Positions 55,301 to 64,000 of a DNA stretch of 64,000 bases are shown in pieces (within the stretch, counting starts at the first letter, position 1; every line of letters starts with the position of its first letter). This DNA comes from Eledone cirrhosa (lineage: Eukaryota). The translations under genes were made by a program, and so were the position numbers. A model generated the notes under the pieces. That model searched no databases and was not told the DNA's origin. It saw only the letters and a program-made list of their open reading frames with translations. The stretch covers positions 207,018,001-207,082,000 of the forward strand of contig OZ024740.1 in assembly GCA_964016885.1 (NCBI GenBank), read 5' to 3'.

Positions 55301-55635
55301 GGGTACTGTAGCGGCCCCTTACGGCTGTAACTCAGCACGTATAGGAGTTGCGTCCCTTTGCGACGGTCGCGGCTCCCAGTGGCAGATACGTATAGGAGTT
55401 GCGTCCCTTTGTGACGGTCGCGACTCTCAGTGGCAGATCCATGTACTAAATGGACTTGCGTCCCCCTAGGGACTATATATTTGAGGACAATCAAGGCATC
55501 ACTCTCACTTCCTTCGCCGCAACAAGAACACCTCAGACTTTGTCAAGAGATGACTCCTGTCTCACTTCCTGCGCCGGCAGCCTAAAGAAACACTCGAACC
55601 TTACCAAGAGAAGTTTTCTGTTCTTCTCTACACAC
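52316..55635 (+). mobile_element. Decayed Gypsy/Ty3 LTR retrotransposon (RT-RNaseH-integrase; gag/protease largely deleted)
   Basis: [29 protein letters not shown]; DASD..GAVLQQ, TDHKPL; [26 protein letters not shown]. Purine tract then TGTAGCGG LTR at 55307; the same LTR start at 52316. The 3' boundary is approximate. Confidence 0.92.
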
Positions 55636-56544
55636 TCCAGTCTGGCAGTTGTGACCAACTGAACATCAAATTAATTTATTTGACTTCTGTGAAGTAAAAC
55701 CATGTCACAACACTCACCTGCATTTATTGTCATTCTTGATAATATATATATACACTGATACTAATATCCTAAAAATAGGCTCACACACACACACAGTAAG
55801 TTCATATTGTTTACATTCTATTCTCCCCGTCATATTGAATCTGTAAGATACAACACAACTTTTACTATATCGTTTTCTGTGTTACATGCATTTATGCTAA
55901 CTCGTAGAAGTTAGTCAACAAATTAATGTAGCGATAATTCATGTCTTAAATAATATTACTCGATGTTCAAAGTAAATATTGTTATTAATAAATAAACGTT
56001 AACAACTCAATCATGGCATTATTCTTTTCATCAAACTACCATACAAAGAATACCAATTATCTGCTACACATCGCTTTTCTTTATTTCCTTCTTCCAGTCA
56101 CTTCTATGCGCCGACACTCTCCTCCTTGTCCTCCTCCTATTTCAATCTTGTCTATATTTCATTTGCCTGACATCCATCTTGTGGATTGTCTCTGTTGACC
56201 ACTGTCCTCTGAGCCATTTTTGCCCATCACTGTCTTTGACAGCATTTAGCTGTTTATATGTATTCAAATATACATTTTAAGTGCTTACATAATCCAATTC
56301 GTCTCGTAAAATTTAAAGAAAAATAAGAAAGAAAGTAAGAATCAAACTAAAATTTGTTATGATAAAATAATAATTTATTAATATCATACTGTACATGTGT
56401 TTAATTCTCGCTCGAATCAATTTTGACAGTTATCTTGCGAGGTCAATAAATTAATAAATAAATAACAGTTTCCTCGAGAGTAAATTTATCCAAACACAAA
56501 ATATCTTTTCACGAATGGTCAAATTTTATTATTCAATTATACAG

Positions 56545-57345
56545 AGGGCGATCGGTAGATGGTCGGACGCCATGCTTTGCAGCAGAGAGTTACGGCTCTT
56601 TATGATCTGAGCTCAAATCCCGCCAAGGTTAACTTTGCCTTTCATCCTTATGGGGTCGATAAAATAAAGTACCAGTCACGCACTGGGGTCGATTTAATCG
56701 GCTTTCCCCTCCCCCCAAATTACTGGCCTTGTACCTATATAAGAAACCATTATTTGGTGGATTGGCAGTATCGGTAGAGGGTTGGACGCCATGCTTTCCA
56801 GCATAGTTACGTCCCTTTACGATCTGAGTTCAAATCCCGCCGAGGTTGACTTTGCCTTTTATCCTTACGGGGTCGATAAAATAAAGTACCAGTAATGCAC
56901 TGGGTAATTGCTGGCCTTGTGCCTAAAGTAGAAACAATTATTCAACTATACAAGGGCAGTGGATTGGCAGTATCGGTAGAGCGTCGGACACCATGCTTTG
57001 CGGCATATGGTTATGGCTCTTTGCGTTCTGATTTCAAATTCAGCTGAGGTTAGCTTTGCCTTTCATCTTTGCGGGGTCGATAAAATAAAGCACCAGCAAT
57101 GCACTATGGTCGATTTAATCGACTTTCCCCTCCCACAAAAATGTTTGGCTCTGTGCTTAAATCATAAACCACTATTTAACTATACAGCGCGAAAGATTGG
57201 CAGAATTGGTAGAGAATCGGATAAAATGCATTAAGGTGTTTGTCCCGGCCCTTTACGTTCTAAGTTCAAATCCCGCCGTGGTCAACTTTGTCTTCCATCC
57301 TTCTGAAATCAATAAAAAAAAATGTACCAGTTCGCCAGTACTGGA
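56545..57345 (+). mobile_element. Four head-to-tail family-B SINEs
   Basis: B box plus core recurs at ~56610, 56826, 57030 and 57263. Confidence 0.85.
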
Positions 57346-58172
57346 GTCACCCCCCCCCCCCCCCCCCCCACACCTCACACACACTATCTCTCTCTCATTT
57401 GGAAGATATCAGCTGTATTCAGACCTGGAGAGGGATGGGCTCCGCCATGATTCAATTGCCCAAGATACGTTGTATGTCACTACGGTGCCCCTACAACTCC
57501 ATCACCAGTTATGGGTCTATAAAAACGAAATGAATGACCTTGTAACAAATAACACTTCCTTCTCCAAGCCTAGATTCGAAACCGAATCTAAGAATTCTCG
57601 CTGCTCAAAATCACGACGACAGGCGCCAAAGAAAGGTTTTTTCTTTGTCCTGTCAAAAAGTGATTGATCGCCTCCCTTTGACCTACGACCTCAGCTAGGT
57701 CAAGCCAAAGTCAAATTGACCGAAGGACGTAGAAACTCTGTTGCGGTATGTCTATCATTCTAGCCACCGCAACATTATATATATGAGAGTCAAGGGAAAC
57801 CCGAAAAGAGAAAGCTGGTCCGACACCACACAGAGAGACCTACTGTGTCAGATGAACTACACACACACACACACACACACACTAACACAAACATATTCAT
57901 TCTAACACACCAGTTCCACAAATGTATCCTGGTTCTATTTTCTAACAGCTCGTAGCAGTTGTCAACATTAACATTTTTGTATGTAGTAAAGCATGATGTG
58001 TACATAACCACAAATTAAGTTCCAGTGAAATAAATTATTTTTATAATGAATCCATTCACCTACTTATTCATTTTTCCGGCATAGACATGCCTTATCAATA
58101 TTTCACCATTATACACACACAAGCACTACAACCTCATTCGAGTATTCTAAATTTAATATTAAACTATATACA

Positions 58173-58222
<50 letters not shown>

Positions 58223-58248
58223 TTCTTACATTTACCTTCCCACGTGTG

Positions 58249-58433
58249 TCAATGTAATAAAACATGATATCCTGTTAACGTGATAGCTTTACTTGCAGTC
58301 ACATCCTTCAGTTTTCGCCGTCTCAGTCGCGATATTATTGCCAGTGGTAACACACACACGGCTGAAACAGACAGAAACACTCCGGCTAGATAAAATGAAG
58401 CCCTATAATGCCCGGTTTTGTCTCGTAACAAAC
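58249..58433 (-). CDS. SLC16/monocarboxylate transporter family, last coding exon
   Basis: tttcag|GLLRDKTGHYRASFYLAGVFLSVSAV...* (MCT TM12 pattern G.L.D.TG.Y..SF..AG). Confidence 0.88.
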
Positions 58434-58461
58434 CTGAAATGTAATAAAAAGATAAAAATAA

Positions 58462-58932
58462 TAATGGTTTCTGATTTAGGCACAAGGCCAATAATTTTGG
58501 GAGAGGGTGAAGTCGATGAAATCGACCCAAGTACGTTACATTTTATCGACCCCGTAAGAATGAAAGGCAAAGCTAACCTTGGCCGGATTTGAACTCAGAA
58601 CGTAAAGAGCCATAACTATATGCTGCAAAGCATGTTGTCCGATGCTCTACCGATAATGCTAACCCACCACTCTAATTTAGATTTTAACATATATCAGTTG
58701 GAGGTGGTCGCTTCTGACAGGACCCATTGGAAAGAGTGTTTAAGGGCTATGTCACCACCCCTATAATAATTGTTTCTACTTTTGGCACGAGGCCAGCAAC
58801 TGTCCCGGTGCATTACTGGTACTTTATTTTATCGACCCCGTAAGGATGAAAAGCAAAGTTAACCTCAGTGAGATTTGAACTCAGACCATGAAGGGCCGTA
58901 ACTCTTTGCTGCAAAGCATGGTGTCCGACCCA
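58462..58932 (-). mobile_element. Two family-B SINEs in the MCT intron
   Basis: Core sequence at 58540-58600 and 58815-58885. Confidence 0.8.
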
Positions 58933-58989
58933 AGGCATTGGATAATTTATTCCAGATAGTAACTTATACATAAATAATATCATTGAGTG

Positions 58990-59310
58990 GGGCAGCCACC
59001 TTCTCATTGCAGCAAACATGGATGACACCCAACAAAGTATATATCACCCCTGCTTTACCCACAGACTTTAGTCGCTCTCCGATAGGTTTGCAGTTGAGCA
59101 CGTAACAGTGGTGACTTCTGGTGTCCTTGGCCCTAGGGCCACCTCCCTACTCACCACCATTGACACAGAGTTAGCTACCCGCAGGTGTGAGCCACGCAAA
59201 CTGGAATGGCTCTTCCAATGCGTTTCCCTTCACCATCTCCCAGGGAAACGCCTTCTTTATTGTGTCCGTCGGGACCGTAGGGTGGTCAGCGCGTGGGCCT
59301 TCATTTGCTT
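58990..59310 (+). mobile_element. CRE-like RLE LINE 3' relic
   Basis: V.TSGVLGP..SLL..I..EL......PR..EWLFQ.VSL.ISQGNA resembles the C-terminal RLE motif of CRE-type elements; frameshifted. Confidence 0.55.
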
Positions 59311-59650
59311 ATAATAGTGAGAGATGGAGAGAGCGAGAGAGATGGAGGCGGTGAGTGAAAGAGAGAGAACAACACTTATTTATTTGTTTGTATTTACTGT
59401 ACATGTACCACTAATATTATTGACTGTGGAACAATTCAGTACATAATGTCTAGAAATTATAATATTATCTCTAATCAAGTCTTATTAAATGTGTCTGTGT
59501 TTCTGCGTGTGTATGTCTGTGTGAATTTGTCTGCGCATGTGCGTGAATATGCGTGCATGTGTGTGAATATGCATGCATAAGTGTAAATATGCCGGACATG
59601 TGTGAGAATGTCTGCGTGTGTGAATGTGTATGAATGCATTGTTATCTTAC

Positions 59651-60805
59651 CTGCAAGAGAAGCACTGGCAGTGCTACCAACTCCAAGTGCCAGAGTAAAA
59701 AAGCCGAATGACACAGCCATATTATCTATGCCTGCGATATAAGCCAATATGGACGGGTCTAATCCAGCTGTTACTCCATAGAAGAGTCCAAATAGAGAAG
59801 AGAATAGCATACAAAACCAAAAGTGTTGCAGTAAAGGAATGAGAAGAGTTGCCACGCCGCTCAGTAGCATGGCGACTGTGTAGAGCATTAAAATGTTCAT
59901 TTTTGAATAACAAGAAGCAGCTCCGGCTAACAGACGACCGACAAATCCAGTGACTCCGATTACAGACACTAAAATGGCAGCTTTTTTTGTGGTTGTACCA
60001 AATGATTGTGCATAGTCAGAAATGATAATGGCTGGTACTCCAGCCCCTGTTGCCGACAGTAAACAGGAACAAAAGAAAACCAAATATTTGGTATTTTTGA
60101 AGACAGTAATATCACAGAGATACTTATTTATACAGCTCCAATATCTTTTTTTTCTTGTCGCAATATTTTGCTCTATATCTTTCTGACAATCTTCCACCGA
60201 ACTATCGCTTTTCTTGGCGTTTGCGCTAAGGTTTTGATGATATTCCAAGGAATAAGAACTGTCAGCAACTGATATAGAATTGGGTAGTGTATTGATATAT
60301 TCTTCATCTGTGGACATGCAGCTGTTAATTCTTGTTTGAAAATCTCCTGAAGTTTCAATAACATTTGTTGACGAAGAAGGAAATTGGATGTAGTTTATGC
60401 TGGAATTTGGTTTCTTTCTATTATAAAAACTAGATTCCATATCAATCAACCCACCCATCCATAAATCCTTCAGAACTGCTGAAATATTAGGATAAGAATT
60501 AATAATAAATGTGCTTGGTTTTCTTTTGGGCGATCTTTTCCAAATTTGACAAGTAGGAAAGGGTTTGCTTGTTTTAGGGAACATCAAAAATGAACAAAAA
60601 ATAGTAACCAGTTGAATAGCGGAAAGGATCTGCATAGCTCGTCGCCATCCAAGCGAGGCTATCAGCTCGCTGATTATTAGAGGAAATATGATGTTTCCAA
60701 CACCACAACCGCTGGAGGATATTGCACAGGCAAGCCCTTGTTTTTCCTGAAAATGTTCTGCCACACATAGAATGGCAGTCAGATTCAAACAACCGAAACC
60801 AATTC
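59651..60805 (-). CDS. SLC16/MCT family, large central exon (TM4-TM11)
   Basis: ctcag|GIGFGCLNLTAILCVAEHFQEKQGLACAISSSGCGVG..LGWRRAM..GRLLAG..FGLFYG|gtaag; 1155 bp, phase 1-1. Confidence 0.93.
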
Positions 60806-61359
60806 CTGAGGGTAACAGAAAATTATATTAATATGTATGTTGTTATTTATATATTTGTTTTGCAAATTATTTATAGAAATATAAAACGAATAGTCTACTT
60901 TGCCGGTCCCGGTAAAATAGACAAACATGCTTTTGAAGTTTATTTTACCGTCCCCCGGTAAATATAAAGTGTTGGGTTTGGGTTAGGGTTTAAATTGATG
61001 ATGATTTACAGAGTAATTCAGTTAACTGAAAATATCATTTCGGTCATCCATTCGGTTGTTTATTTACAGAGTAATATTTGTTTCCTTTTCGTAAAGTTAC
61101 TGTATATTTACTTGTTTATATTATGAATACATTGATTTTATGTTTTGAACTGACAATAAATAATAAAAATGATGAATTTCAGTGTTTCATTTTTTTTTTC
61201 TAATATCGGGAGTGAAATTACCGGGAGTCAAATTACCTAGAACCCTTACATACATACCTCATATATCAGCCAAAATATTACATATGCAAGGGAATAAAGG
61301 TTAAATCTGTACCAGCCAATATACTACACATACATAAGAAATAGAAGTTGTATACATAC

Positions 61360-61503
61360 CTGCTAATATACTATACAGTGCATAGAGCTGTTCGAGGTTG
61401 TTGGCATAGGAACTTGTTAATAAACCTATGAATGACACCACTGCGCCGAATATTGCAACTGGACGTGAATGAAGCCTCTGTGCAAGAATACCAGCAACTG
61501 GGC
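61360..61503 (-). CDS. SLC16/MCT family, 144-bp exon (TM2-TM4)
   Basis: acag|GPVAGILAQRLHSRPVAIFGAVVSFIGLLTSSYANNLEQLYALYSILAG|gtatgt; the TM1 exon was not found in the window. Confidence 0.92.
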
Positions 61504-61697
61504 CTGTTATGTAATAACAATAATACAACAATAAATATTTCTGACACAAAGACAAACGTTTTGATGGAAGATTCTAGTCATTTAATCGAATCCGGAAGCA
61601 TAAAAATCAATGTCGACCTCGGCGTGATTTGAACACAGAACATAGAAGAACATAACTAACTACTGAATAAAACAGCGTCCCAGACGTTTCTAAAACT

Positions 61698-61733
<36 letters not shown>

Positions 61734-61948
61734 CGAAAAATGGAACGGGAACAAAACAGAGACAGTACGAACAAAGGTTTATTAGTCTTCTAACGACTCC
61801 ACATATTCTCCGTTTCTAACACTCATTATGTTTGTGTAATATGAATAATATATTTATTAAAATATGTTAGACATTACGGTCACTAACCTTTTACTGTCAT
61901 TAACCATAAGATGGGATATATATAACCATAAGATGTGGGATTTATATA

Positions 61949-61995
<47 letters not shown>

Positions 61996-62265
61996 GGGGG
62001 GGAGTGAGAACTCTCTGTCTCTCCTTTAGAAGAAATCTGTGTTCAGAGTTGGAGAAGTGATGGGTTCCGACAAGTTTAGAATGTTCAAAACTCGCCTCAT
62101 ATCTTTAGCTAAAACAAATTTATGTCACTTTCGATTAGTATTGAAATGTTCATTGGATTAGCGTGCACGTGGCTGAGCATTCCATAAACACTTGTGTTCA
62201 CGACATAATTCTCGGGCAGAATCACTGTGATACATGTGATAAGCCTGAACTTTGAATTACAAGTA

Positions 62266-62655
62266 CAGTCATTTATGACATAGGACTTACATTAGACCGA
62301 GTCTCTCAGATCTATCCTAACTATTTCTAGAACCATCATATATGAAATAAGTACTTACATTAGACACAGTCTCTTAGATCTGTCATAGCTACTCCTAGAA
62401 CTGTCATATATGACATAAGACTCATTAGACCCAGTCTCTCTGATCTGTCATAACTACTTCTAGAACTGTCATATTTGACATAAGACTTACATTAGACCCA
62501 GTCTCTTAGATCTGTCATAGCTACTTCTAGATTTGTCATATTTGACACAAGACTTACATTAGACTCAGTCTCTAAGATCTGTCATAGCTTCTCCCAGAAT
62601 TGTCATATATGAGATAAGACATACATTAGACCCAGTCTCTTAGATTTCTCATATT
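62266..62655. repeat. 67-bp minisatellite, ~6 copies
   Basis: cattagac recurs at 62290, 62358, 62423, 62490, 62557 and 62624. Confidence 0.93.
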
Positions 62656-62789
62656 AACCTACATTACCTCAAGAACGAAGAAGCATTAGTGACTTTACAA
62701 ACCAACAACAAAATAATTTGACATTGAACTAAATTCATGAATGACGTAGGTAGCCAAACAGCCATAATGATACAGCATGTGAGTTTGTA

Positions 62790-63222
<433 letters not shown>

Positions 63223-64000
63223 TACCCGGCATTGCCTGAGTTACTGCTGTTCTTATTCAGATTAGTAAACAATAAATATGAAGATATGGTTTTTTTTCTC
63301 ATAATTATTTCAAAATGTCTATATTTTCTTTTTTTTAAATCAAAATTGTAATGATAATAGAATTTAGAAATGATAATCTGCCAATCTTGAAGCATATAAG
63401 GGTAAATAATATTCATTGTGTAACTCATGTATGTGTAGATGTGTGTGTGTGTGTGTGTGTATTTAATAACGTACCTAATGAACGCGCAAACACAGACACT
63501 CACAGACACATACATATTGATATACAAAATGTGACGTCCTATTGTTTTAATCCAAATGAAAATAAAAATTATCTAACATACATTCTCACATACACTCACA
63601 CACATACACTCACAACACACATACACTCTCGCATACACTCACACACATATACTAAGACAGACACATACACAGAAAATGAGACGTCTACACTCTCACATAC
63701 ACTCACACACATTATGTGTAGATGTGTGAGTGTTTAATTCTCCGAGGCCTAACATATATAACAAACGCACAAACACATACACACTCACAGAGACATACAC
63801 ACTCATATATACAAAATGTGAGTCGTTGTCGTGGCGATGGTGGTTTGCTATAGTCGACTATAAAAATATTATTTTAGATAAAATCTTATATAGTTTTAAT
63901 CCAAATGAAAATATTTATACGTATGTAATGTACGTGTATGCATGTGTATGTATATATGCACTCATGTATGTGCCCAGCTAACCAAACGTATATGGTTATA

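Noticed and set aside
60975-60992. Telomere-like gggtttgggttagggttt
   Set aside because: Only about three degenerate units, within what looks like a small repeat relic (60880-61245); not an interstitial telomere.

Overview
This is eukaryotic, AT-rich, repeat-dense DNA. The repeat types (RTE LINEs with GAT tails, tRNA-derived SINEs, huge (TA)n tracts) suggest a cephalopod/octopus-like genome; this is inference. Two host genes are supported, both on the minus strand. The first is a complete six-exon SDF2/SDF2L1-like gene (CDS 43621 to 30228, 218 aa, signal peptide, MIR repeats, C-terminal HDEF), which the ORF track largely misses. The second is the last three coding exons of an SLC16/monocarboxylate-transporter-family gene (61503 to 58249). 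The rest is mostly transposons: an intact-ORF RTE LINE with three C2H2 fingers, a decayed RTE with a PHD finger inside its RT, Penelope-like elements with inverted arms and hammerhead ribozyme motifs, R4/Dong-like, CR1, L1/Tx1-like and CRE-like fragments, a decayed Gypsy element, SINEs and TTAA-flanked MITEs. The most unusual observations are: (i) both splice sites of SDF2 intron 2 have been amplified into tandem repeats, and almost all copies of the donor lose the full CAG|GTAGGT consensus; (ii) a 308-bp near-perfect palindrome made of two back-to-back Pol III (A/B-box) heads; (iii) many independent fold-back/inverted duplications beside microsatellites. The many YI/VC-rich ORFs are microsatellite artefacts.
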